Below are positions 28,330-35,926 of a stretch of 35,926 nt of DNA, one piece after another. This stretch comes from an uncultured Pelolinea sp. (GTDB lineage Bacteria > Chloroflexota > Anaerolineae > Anaerolineales > Anaerolineaceae): the NCBI GenBank assembly GCA_964490205.1, contig CAZBCD010000001.1:1-35926 (forward strand), read 5' to 3'. Below the pieces are notes generated by a model. The model was not told where the DNA came from and searched no databases. It was given only the letters and a program-made list of their open reading frames with translations. Each line of letters begins with the position of its first letter. Within the stretch, counting starts at the first letter, position 1. Made by a program: the position numbers and the translations under genes.

Positions 28330-28471
28330 CAGCGGGCAGGGTGTTATCTGGTGAATATAGAAAAACCACCTTTTATATGGATACATAAATGCGATGTCAC
28401 GCAGGGTGGTAATGTGCCGGTTTTTGGAACATTCGTGTGATTAAGAAAACCCTGGTACCCGGAATGATCAG

Positions 28472-29218
28472 CTACTTGATCGCGTCACGCAGCTGTTTGG
28501 CAAGGTCCTGAAAGTGCCCTGAGTAGCGCGTTTCTTCACGGCGGGGGCGCGGCAGGTCAACCGCAAGGTCCAGGCACACCCGCGCGGGGCGCCGCGTGAG
28601 CACCAGTACGCGGTCTGCCAGCAGGAGCGCTTCGGAAATGGAATGGGTAACCATCACAACTGTTTTACGGTGCGCCTGCCACACACGCAGCAGCTCCGCT
28701 CCCATCTGTTCACGGGTGAGGGCATCGAGCGAGCGAAATGGTTCATCCAGCAGGAGCAGGTCCGGGTCCTGGATCAGGGCGCGGGCGATCGCGACACGCT
28801 GTGCCATACCGCCCGAAAGCGACCCCGGCCACACATCTATGAAATCGCCCAAATCGACCAACTCTATCAGGTCGAGCGCCTGCGCCCGAGCACTATTGGG
28901 ATCAATCTCTTTCAGTTCGAGGGGCAGGGTGATATTTTCCAGCACAGTGCGCCACGGCATGAGGTTGCTCTCCTGAAAAACAATCCCAATGCGCGGAGAA
29001 TGCCGGCCCGGGTAAATCACCTTTCCTTTAGTTGCCTCATCGAGCCCCGCCAACACACGCAGGAGCGTGGTCTTGCCGCAGCCGGACGGCCCCAGCACGC
29101 ATAAGAACTCCTGCGGGCGGATACGCGCGTGAATGTCCTCAAGTACGTGCAGATAGCCGTTGTGGTCATCGTAGGTCAAACCGATATGCTGGAGTTGGAT
29201 GGAATCACGGGAAGGCAT
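28472..29218 (-). CDS. ABC transporter ATP-binding protein (NitT/TauT family), probable riboflavin importer ATPase
   Basis: GPSGCGKT, LSGGMAQR, LLLDEPF and VTHSISEA; last gene of the FMN-riboswitch operon. Confidence 0.9.
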   Translation of the reverse strand: MPSRDSIQLQHIGLTYDDHNGYLHVLEDIHARIRPQEFLCVLGPSGCGKTTLLRVLAGLDEATKGKVIYPGRHSPRIGIVFQESNLMPWRTVLENITLPLELKEIDPNSARAQALDLIELVDLGDFIDVWPGSLSGGMAQRVAIARALIQDPDLLLLDEPFRSLDALTREQMGAELLRVWQAHRKTVVMVTHSISEALLLADRVLVLTRRPARVCLDLAVDLPRPRREETRYSGHFQDLAKQLRDAIK

Positions 29219-29233
29219 TTTATTTATGTTTCC

Positions 29234-30220
29234 TTATGGCAGAAAGTCGTTGCTGAAAGCTCCGTCTAAATCAACGGGGGACGTGAGCAGGTCCATCTGT
29301 AGAAGTAGATCCTGCATATTCTCCCAGGCATCAGGCTGCGAGTAGCCGAGCTGCTCAGCCTGCCAAAGCACGATGGACGCGTCCAGCACCCGACGTTGGA
29401 CTTCCTTTTCCGTGGGGGAGAGATTGGCCAGATTTTCCACATGCACTTCGCTGATCGTGAAGGCTTCCTCGGGATGATCAATGGTGTACTGGATTCCCTT
29501 CAGCGTTCCCTGCACCATCGCGCGCACCAGGTTCGGGTGGTTTTCTATCACCATTTCACTGGTCACGAGCCCATTGGCAACGAGGGAGATGTAATCCGCG
29601 GCTGCCAGAGTATTCACTTGGTACCCTTCAGCGGCGAGTTTGATGGGTTCATTGCTGATATACACCACGACCGCGTCCTCAACTCCGCTTGCGAGCGATT
29701 CCACCTGCGTATAACCAATCGTGTCAAGTAAAACATCCTGCTCTTCCAAACCGCCGGCGTTGAGCAGGGCTTTAAAACCGATGTAGCTGGCACCGTACAG
29801 GCCGGGAATGCCGACGCGCTTACCGCGCAGGTCTTGCGGAGATTCAATCCCAGTGTCAGCCAGGGAAACAACTCCGACAGGAAAATCCTGGTACCAGGCC
29901 ATCACATATACCACTGGGAGTTCCTGCGCACGTCCGAGAAGCACCTGTTCGCCGGAGACGATTGCAAACTGAAGCTCCCCCGCGCCTAGCAGGGCGACGG
30001 AATCGGTCTCCATGTTGTAATCTATTTCCACGTCCAGCCCTTCCTCGCTGTAGAAACCTTTTTCAATGGCGACATACAGCGGCGCAAATTGGACATTGGG
30101 GATATACCCGACCGGCAGGCGGATAGCGGCGGTTTCCTGATGTTCAGCTACAGACGCGGGAGTGCAGGCGGCAGCAGCCAGAAGAGCCAGTGCCGCAATG
30201 ACTATAAAGTTTTTACTCAT
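29234..30220 (-). CDS. ribY: NMT1/THI5-like ABC substrate-binding lipoprotein, probable riboflavin-binding RibY
   Basis: Lipobox AAAC; GYIPNVQFAP, SGEQVL, PGLYGASY and YISNEP; downstream of an FMN riboswitch. Confidence 0.8.
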   Translation of the reverse strand: MSKNFIVIAALALLAAAACTPASVAEHQETAAIRLPVGYIPNVQFAPLYVAIEKGFYSEEGLDVEIDYNMETDSVALLGAGELQFAIVSGEQVLLGRAQELPVVYVMAWYQDFPVGVVSLADTGIESPQDLRGKRVGIPGLYGASYIGFKALLNAGGLEEQDVLLDTIGYTQVESLASGVEDAVVVYISNEPIKLAAEGYQVNTLAAADYISLVANGLVTSEMVIENHPNLVRAMVQGTLKGIQYTIDHPEEAFTISEVHVENLANLSPTEKEVQRRVLDASIVLWQAEQLGYSQPDAWENMQDLLLQMDLLTSPVDLDGAFSNDFLP

Positions 30221-30241
30221 AATTTATTCCTCTTTCTATTA

Positions 30242-31018
30242 TTATTCCTGCCAGCGCAGCAGGTGTTTTTCCAACCACAGCACGATCCCGTACAGGGAAA
30301 GCGCCAAAATGACCAAGGTGAACACACCCACGAACACCAGTGCCGTGTCGTACTGGCCGCGCCCGACATTGATCAGAAAACCCAGCCCGCGGTTTGCCCC
30401 GACCAGTTCTCCCACTACAGCACCAATAACTGAAAGCGTTGCGCCAATGCGCAGGCCGCCCAGAAGGACGGGAAGCGCTGCTGGCAGTTCAAGCAGGCGC
30501 AGCGTCTGCCAGCGATCCGCGCGCATAGAGCGCATCAGATCACGCAGGTTTTCAGACACCGCCCGCATCCCCACGACCGTGTTAACGAGAACGGGAAAGA
30601 AAACGATCAGGGCGCAGATGAGAACCTTGGAGAAAATACCGGGACCGAACCAGATGACGAGCAGCGGAGCGATGGCTACCGTTGGCACCGCCTGGCTGGC
30701 GACCAGAAAGGGTTGCAGGATGTTTTCAAGGAAACTTGAGCGGCTGAGGAAATAGCCCAGAATGGCGGCAAACAGGATACCGGCCAATAATCCTAAAAGG
30801 ACCTCAATCAGCGTGGCGGCAGTGTGGCGCAGGAGGGAACCGTCGGAGAGGGCGCGCAGGAAGCGTTCGGCGACCTGAAGGGGTGTGGGGAGGATGAAAG
30901 CTGGCAGGCGGAAGATGAGCACCGCTCCCTGCCAGGCAAGCAGGAAAATGGCAGCCGTGATGAGCATGCTCCAGCGCCGCGTGGTCGGCTTTCCGAACCT
31001 TTTTTTCTTTTTCTCCAT
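30242..31018 (-). CDS. ribX: ABC transporter permease (NitT/TauT family), probable riboflavin permease RibX
   Basis: FILPTP, QAVPTVAIAPLLVIWFGPG, FFPV and GAVVGELVGA; start MEKKKK at 31018 directly after the riboswitch. Confidence 0.8.
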   Translation of the reverse strand: MEKKKKRFGKPTTRRWSMLITAAIFLLAWQGAVLIFRLPAFILPTPLQVAERFLRALSDGSLLRHTAATLIEVLLGLLAGILFAAILGYFLSRSSFLENILQPFLVASQAVPTVAIAPLLVIWFGPGIFSKVLICALIVFFPVLVNTVVGMRAVSENLRDLMRSMRADRWQTLRLLELPAALPVLLGGLRIGATLSVIGAVVGELVGANRGLGFLINVGRGQYDTALVFVGVFTLVILALSLYGIVLWLEKHLLRWQE

Positions 31019-31055
31019 AAAAAAACACTGCTCCTGACAGCTTACGGGGCAGCGC
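31019..31055 (-). terminator. FMN riboswitch expression platform (terminator hairpin containing the RBS)
   Basis: GCGCTGCCCC...GGAGCAGTG followed by T7 and then ATG; CTGCCCCG is complementary to the aptamer 5' CGGGGCAG. Confidence 0.75.
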
Positions 31056-31069
31056 CTTCTGTTTAGAGA

Positions 31070-31200
31070 ACCTTCTTTCATCCGGACTGTACCGTCGACC
31101 CCGGAATTGCACCGGGTCTGCGCATTGCAGCACTTGTGGGTTGTCACCACCGATCGGGAATCAGGAGCGCGAGCTCCTTCACCCTGCCCCGAAGGATATC
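31070..31200 (-). ncRNA. FMN riboswitch (RFN element)
   Basis: Minus strand TATCCTTCGGGGCAGGGTGA...TTCCCGATCGGTGGT...AGACCCGGTGCAATTCCGGGGTCGACGGTACAGTCCGGATGAAAGAAGG matches the RFN consensus. Confidence 0.95.
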
Positions 31201-31206
31201 GAATAA

Positions 31207-31235
31207 ATTGTATAAAGTTTTTATACCAGCGTCAA
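31207..31235 (-). promoter_or_regulatory. sigma70-type promoter of the FMN riboswitch/rib operon
   Basis: TTGACG-N17-TACAAT immediately upstream of the aptamer. Confidence 0.75.
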
Positions 31236-31271
31236 GTGAATTTTGTATTAACGCCAGTATAATTTGCCATT

Positions 31272-31736
31272 ATGCAGGAACACGATAAACGCGCATACAT
31301 CATTGAACAGGCAGGCTGGCGGGATCTGCTGGCACTTTTCGCACTGGAAAAAGTATGCTTTGAACGCGACGCCTGGCCGTTGATTGAACTGATGGGCGTG
31401 CTGACCTTCCCGGGAGTAGTACGGCTGCGAGCGGTGGGGGATGGTAAAATGGTCGGTTTTATCGCTGGCGACCCGCGCAGACGGGATAACACTGGCTGGA
31501 TACTGACGTTAGGCGTGATGCCAGATTGGCGCCGGCAGGGAATCGCGGTTGCGCTCCTAAAAAAATGCGAGGAGCAGCTGCACATGCCGCAGATGAAATT
31601 ATCCGTGCGGCGCAGTAATGCCGCTGCGATTTGCCTGTACGAGAAGCTGGGCTACAAACAGGTGGATATCTGGTCGAAGTACTACCAGGGGGGTGAGGAC
31701 GGAATGGTACTGGCGAAAAAGATGACATGGGTATGA
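31272..31736 (+). CDS. rimI: GNAT N-acetyltransferase, RimI-like
   Basis: LEKVCFERDAW, WRRQGIA, LSVRRSNAAAICLYEKLGY and YY..GEDG. Confidence 0.75.
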   Translation: MQEHDKRAYIIEQAGWRDLLALFALEKVCFERDAWPLIELMGVLTFPGVVRLRAVGDGKMVGFIAGDPRRRDNTGWILTLGVMPDWRRQGIAVALLKKCEEQLHMPQMKLSVRRSNAAAICLYEKLGYKQVDIWSKYYQGGEDGMVLAKKMTWV

Positions 31737-31762
31737 AGGAAATATAAAGAGGAATTATAGAA

Positions 31763-32410
31763 TTGATGGACACAAAGGAAATATTAGCGCTGTTAGCGCA
31801 GGGAATTGTACTGGGGTTTTCCATTGCCGCGCCGGTCGGACCGATTGGAGTACTGTGTATTCGGCGCACGCTGCAGAATGGGTTCAAATCCGGCCTGGCA
31901 AGCGGGCTGGGAGCGGCGTCCGCGGACGCTGCCTACGGGGCGATCGCGGCGGCCGGCTTGACGCTGGTGGCTGATTTCCTCGCTAAACAGCAGGTCTGGC
32001 TAGGGATGTTGGGTGGTGCGTTCTTGCTGCTTTTAGGTGTGCGGACCTTCCGCAGCCCGCCCCCGAGTGCGGATGGCGGGGATACAGAAGTAAATACACT
32101 GGGTGGAGATTATCTCTCCACCTTTCTGCTCACGCTCAGCAACCCGATCACGATCTTCTCTTTCGCGGCGCTGTTCGGCGGGCTGAGCGCCCAGGGGGGA
32201 GCGGCATTCAAAGGGAGCGCGTACCTGCTGGTGCTGGGCGTGTTCACCGGGTCTGCGCTGTGGTGGCTGACGCTGGCCACAGGAGTGAGTCTCTTTCGGC
32301 GCCGATTCAGCCAGGGGTTGATGCTGTGGGTCAACCGCATTGCGGGCGCGGTGATCGTTGCTTTTGGGCTGGTGATGGTGTGGCGGGCGCTTGCGCCATT
32401 CTTTGGCTAA
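31763..32410 (+). CDS. LysE/RhtB-family amino-acid exporter
   Basis: GFSIAAPVGP, GAASAD, FLLTLSNP and GSALWW; alternative start 31766. Confidence 0.9.
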   Translation: MMDTKEILALLAQGIVLGFSIAAPVGPIGVLCIRRTLQNGFKSGLASGLGAASADAAYGAIAAAGLTLVADFLAKQQVWLGMLGGAFLLLLGVRTFRSPPPSADGGDTEVNTLGGDYLSTFLLTLSNPITIFSFAALFGGLSAQGGAAFKGSAYLLVLGVFTGSALWWLTLATGVSLFRRRFSQGLMLWVNRIAGAVIVAFGLVMVWRALAPFFG

Positions 32411-32593
32411 ATCCTCATTCCTATAAAAACTTCTTCTTTCGTTGTGATGACAGGATGTGGCGAGTTGATTCATAAACCCCTCAAATGGATAATAACAGCT
32501 GCTCTTGCCAACGTGATTAGTGAGACTTCAATCTTCTGAATCTCATAATGATTTGGGTAATAATTGGATCTTCTGTAGATAAATTGGCTGTTC

Positions 32594-33817
32594 TTATTCG
32601 GAAGGAGAGGAAAGATATTTTTTCCCGAAAAAGAGATTGGTCAATATATAAGCAATTAACATTGACACTGAGGAAACAATTCCTAGAGCGGGATACGCTC
32701 CAAGAGCGATCAAACGCCCTCCACCTAACGCTGCTATTATAAAGCCGACCTGAAATGTGATCTCAAGCCAGGCCGATGTGGCCGTGCGCGATCTTTTGGT
32801 TGCGACAGTAGATGCGAATGATAACCATAATGAGGTGCCTACCCCGATAAAAGAACGGAAGATAATATAAGCAGAGCCACCAATGAGGGGATTTATTGTA
32901 ATGATTGTGAATAAAGCAAATACAGATGACAAAATACGGCTTATGATAATAATTCTTAATCCATTATATTTTTTTGCGAGTGAAGGCCCAGCCAAGAGAA
33001 GGATCACGGTTGGAATGATCAATATCGCGGACATGGTGCCATACGCCTGAAGAGTGGAATTGTAATAATAGACGAAGATAATATTCATAAAGAACATTAA
33101 GAATCCAAATCCGGTGCCGAGAAAGAATTCAATACCAGCAAACCTTACGGTGTTCTTATCAATTCCCTTCAAATAAGGGGAAAGGCTGATCTTTCTCGTG
33201 TCAGCAGGCTTATCTTTATTAAGAAAAAATAAAGGGGTTGTACCTAAAATGATCAGCAGGCTTGCACAAATCAGGATCATTCGGTAGGTTGACGTTTCAT
33301 TAATAAACAAAGAAGCTAATAAGACTGGAAGAAAACCACCGATGAGATTACCAATTGCTCCAGATGAGTAGATGGTGATGCTGGAAAATGAATATTCTTT
33401 ATCCTTCTGTTTACCTGCGTATTGGCTGATAAAAGGCATTTGAATAATGAAATATCCAGTTCGAACGGTACCAAGTATAAAAGAACCGAGTAAGATCAGA
33501 GTCTGGTTTGGGGAGGACACGCGGAGAAGATAGGAAAAACCGACAACAAGGTTTACAAGGATAAAAGATCTTTTACTACCCATCTTTTCAGTCAGAAATC
33601 CGATCGGTATTGCTGCTAATACCTGCGCGAAAGGCGTCAGGCTAAGGATGACCCCTAAAAAATCAGGAGACATATTCATGGATAGGATGTATAAATTAAA
33701 ATCAGCTTCGATCACCCCAAATCCAATATTGACCAACAGCATTGCCAGTAAATATAATTTGATGTTCTGGTCAACACCCTCATCCGTTTGAAATAATGAA
33801 CGAATACTACTTATCAT
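32594..33817 (-). CDS. MFS transporter (AT-rich gene)
   Basis: 407 aa with about 12 hydrophobic segments and a PIGFLTEKMGSKR motif-A-like loop. Confidence 0.85.
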   Translation of the reverse strand: MISSIRSLFQTDEGVDQNIKLYLLAMLLVNIGFGVIEADFNLYILSMNMSPDFLGVILSLTPFAQVLAAIPIGFLTEKMGSKRSFILVNLVVGFSYLLRVSSPNQTLILLGSFILGTVRTGYFIIQMPFISQYAGKQKDKEYSFSSITIYSSGAIGNLIGGFLPVLLASLFINETSTYRMILICASLLIILGTTPLFFLNKDKPADTRKISLSPYLKGIDKNTVRFAGIEFFLGTGFGFLMFFMNIIFVYYYNSTLQAYGTMSAILIIPTVILLLAGPSLAKKYNGLRIIIISRILSSVFALFTIITINPLIGGSAYIIFRSFIGVGTSLWLSFASTVATKRSRTATSAWLEITFQVGFIIAALGGGRLIALGAYPALGIVSSVSMLIAYILTNLFFGKKYLSSPSE

Positions 33818-34008
33818 TTAACCTCTTTTGGTCCTTTTTTCTTTCTTTTCTATGATTGCTTGACCTTGCTGTTTCACACAGGAACCACGACGAGATCCAG
33901 TGATTGGTGTTTTCCGATGAAAATATGTACTAAACGAAACATTATACCAACTCTGGATGATGTAAACGTTTTCAACAAGAAACATTCTGATAAAAAACTG
34001 GTTTGCAT

Positions 34009-34125
34009 CCTCGCCCCAACCCTCTCCCTCTGGGAAGTAGAGGGAGATGAATACGGGCCGAGATCCTTCGCTGCGCTCAGTTCTCCCTGTCTCGCATGCG
34101 CCTTGATGGAGCTGGTAGACAGGGA
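34009..34125. repeat. cluster of REP-like palindromic repeat remnants
   Basis: CCTCGCCCCAACCCTCTCCC...GGGAAGTAGAGGG (34009-44), GAGATCCTTCGCTGCGCTCAG (34060-80) and a TCCCTGTCT...AGACAGGGA inverted repeat (34084-125). Confidence 0.5.
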
Positions 34126-34219
34126 TCCTCATAAAAAAGACCTTTCAACTATCCACTGGATAGTTAAAAGCCCTTGGGAAAAGCTCGGATTCCAAGTTTT
34201 GGTGGGTTAGGAAGGCACC

Positions 34220-34912
34220 CTACAATTTCGCTTTCTTGCGCAGGCGGTCCTGAACCTTGCTGCCCTTCAGTTCGCGCAGAGCGTCCCGCGCGATCCAGCG
34301 GGCGGTCTTGTCGTCTATGGTGAGGATCTCATCCGAGAGTACTATGGCGGCTTTATTGAGGGTGAGGTTGCGTTTGCCGATACCGCGGACCGCCCAGTTG
34401 ACGGCTTTCCTGACGAAATTGCGCGGGTCTGACGCACCGGCTTTGATGATGGGGAAGAGCGCGGTGAAGGCTTCATCAGGCGCGCCCTTATCGTGCACTA
34501 CCAGGCAGGCGATTAGCACATAGCCCGCGCGGCGGACGAATTCACTCCTATCTGCTGCCCATTCCCCGATCTTCTCCCAGGCGAAGGGTGTTTTATCGAA
34601 CAGGTTGCCGCACACCCCATCGCAGATATCCCATGAGTTGAAATCGCGCACCCAGGCGTCCATCTGCGCGTTGGTCACCCGGGCGGGATCATCAACCATC
34701 GAAGCCAGGATGCGCGCTTCGGGAATACCCGTCTCCCACAATGCCAGCGCCAGCTGGTGGTCTTTTCCGCTTTCTTTGGCGATCTTTCGCAGCCGGGGAA
34801 CCGGGATGCCGAGCCGCCCGTTGGTGTGAATACCGAAACGGGCCATACCGGGGAGGGATTTGGTGTCCGCCAGGGCGAGGAGTTGGGCGAGAACGTGATT
34901 TAATTTTTCCAT
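34220..34912 (-). CDS. alkD: DNA alkylation repair protein (AlkD family)
   Basis: GMARFGI, LW...EARILA, FNSWDICD, EFVRRAG, DPRNFVRKAVNWA.R.IGKR and ARWIARDALREL. Confidence 0.85.
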   Translation of the reverse strand: MEKLNHVLAQLLALADTKSLPGMARFGIHTNGRLGIPVPRLRKIAKESGKDHQLALALWETGIPEARILASMVDDPARVTNAQMDAWVRDFNSWDICDGVCGNLFDKTPFAWEKIGEWAADRSEFVRRAGYVLIACLVVHDKGAPDEAFTALFPIIKAGASDPRNFVRKAVNWAVRGIGKRNLTLNKAAIVLSDEILTIDDKTARWIARDALRELKGSKVQDRLRKKAKL

Positions 34913-35093
34913 ACGTGCCCTCTATTTATAATTTTGTATTATTATAAAATCTCTCCGCTCAACTTAGAGTGAAATAATTCCTAATTATCATTAAATACCA
35001 GTAATGAAAATAAGGCAACTTTTTATTTTCACTTATTTCAATTAGAAAATTCAAGAAAAATAATGCGGGGCGGATGAGATATGATCGGGTCCG

Positions 35094-35822
35094 CTACCAA
35101 ATCCTGGGCAGCAGCCGATAGCGCACCTCCTGTGTGTACTCTACATATCCGGGCAGTTCCTCCTGGAGAGTGCGGTCTTCCAGCGCGGTGCGGATGACAA
35201 AGCCAATGACCGTCAATATGGTTGGGATCCATGCCCAGGTTGAGCTGAAGAAAATCGGAGTGGACAGCCAGGCCACGATAGCGCCGGAGTAACCCGGATG
35301 GCGCATGAACCGGTACGGCCCTTCGCGGACAACAGAATGCCCGCGGTCAGCCTGGATGCGTACATGCGAAGAAAAGAAACGGTTAGCAAATGTGGCCCAG
35401 GTGGAGAACATGCTGGCAGCAAAATAAACAAACAGCGCAGCGATCTGCATGCCGTTGGGAAGGTCCGGCGACCATCCAAAGCGCGCATCCAGCCCGGCAA
35501 CGATCCATGTGACCAGAGGAAGGTACAAAGCGATTACCGGCACCAAGATTTTATCCCAGGGTTTTACATTTTCTTCCTGCCCCGCTGCCATACGCTCAGT
35601 GATCATATCCGGATCATTCAGCAGCATAACCACGCGGCTTACGATAAGGATGACCAGCGTCAATCCCCCGTATACCCAACCCTCCCACCAGTCCAGGCGC
35701 CCTGCTGACAGGAACAGCACAGCCAGCATGAGGATAATGGTGAATAGGAAGCGCAGGATCACGATCATAATGATTTTGGATTTACCCATGTCTTTAAAAT
35801 CAGTCTTTTTCTTATCAGCCAT
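35094..35822 (-). CDS. isoprenylcysteine carboxylmethyltransferase (ICMT/PEMT) family membrane protein
   Basis: NRFFS..VRIQ, GPYRFMRHPGY, EDRTL..ELPGY..Y and RYRLLP; GGAGG RBS. Confidence 0.9.
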   Translation of the reverse strand: MADKKKTDFKDMGKSKIIMIVILRFLFTIILMLAVLFLSAGRLDWWEGWVYGGLTLVILIVSRVVMLLNDPDMITERMAAGQEENVKPWDKILVPVIALYLPLVTWIVAGLDARFGWSPDLPNGMQIAALFVYFAASMFSTWATFANRFFSSHVRIQADRGHSVVREGPYRFMRHPGYSGAIVAWLSTPIFFSSTWAWIPTILTVIGFVIRTALEDRTLQEELPGYVEYTQEVRYRLLPRIW

Positions 35823-35926
35823 TTTTCCCTCCAGTTAGAACCAGTAAATTTTCAATTTCGTGTAAGCTTAGCTTGAACTAAGCGCTTCGCGCAGATGACT
35901 CGCACTCGGGGGTGATTTTCTAACAG

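Noticed and set aside
31019-31150. N-terminal extension of the permease ORF to 31150
   Set aside because: It is translated riboswitch sequence; the RBS and family similarity point to ATG 31018.
33818-34210. Overlapping ORFs 33818..34132 (-) and 33860..34210 (+)
   Set aside because: They run through repeat remnants and the MFS upstream region and have no protein-family motifs.
35832-35926. Integron attC site
   Set aside because: The GTT...AAC arms are in the opposite order to RYYYAAC...GTTRRRY, and no integrase or cassette array is present.
1-35926. CRISPR array, prophage, transposase, rRNA or defence island
   Set aside because: No regularly spaced repeats or recognisable genes of these kinds were seen by eye.

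Overview
A 35.9-kb bacterial chromosomal segment. Gene content, the ribXY-type locus and several leaderless genes suggest Chloroflexota (Anaerolineae-like); this is inference. Most of it is housekeeping or ordinary accessory genes: rnhB, a GT2, a GH114 lipoprotein, tRNA-Pro(TGG), two tandem esterase lipoproteins, gatCA, a ROK kinase, a DUF2202 lipoprotein, an M3 oligopeptidase, pcrA/uvrD, pepT, holB, an FMN-riboswitch-controlled riboflavin-type ABC importer, a RimI-like GNAT, LysE, an MFS, an AlkD-like protein and an ICMT-family methyltransferase. The most interesting element is a ~10-kb nucleoside-scavenging operon (about 11.87-22.03 kb). It has three paralogous uridine-phosphorylase-family enzymes with non-canonical and mutually different base-pocket residues, an MFS transporter, a deaminase-type amidohydrolase whose specificity motif I cannot assign, and a BMP-family nucleoside ABC importer. 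Its ~250-nt leader contains a His-rich uORF and three hairpins. Smaller items include an FMN aptamer with an inserted hairpin, two damaged genes and REP-like repeat remnants. I saw no CRISPR array, prophage, transposase or rRNA.
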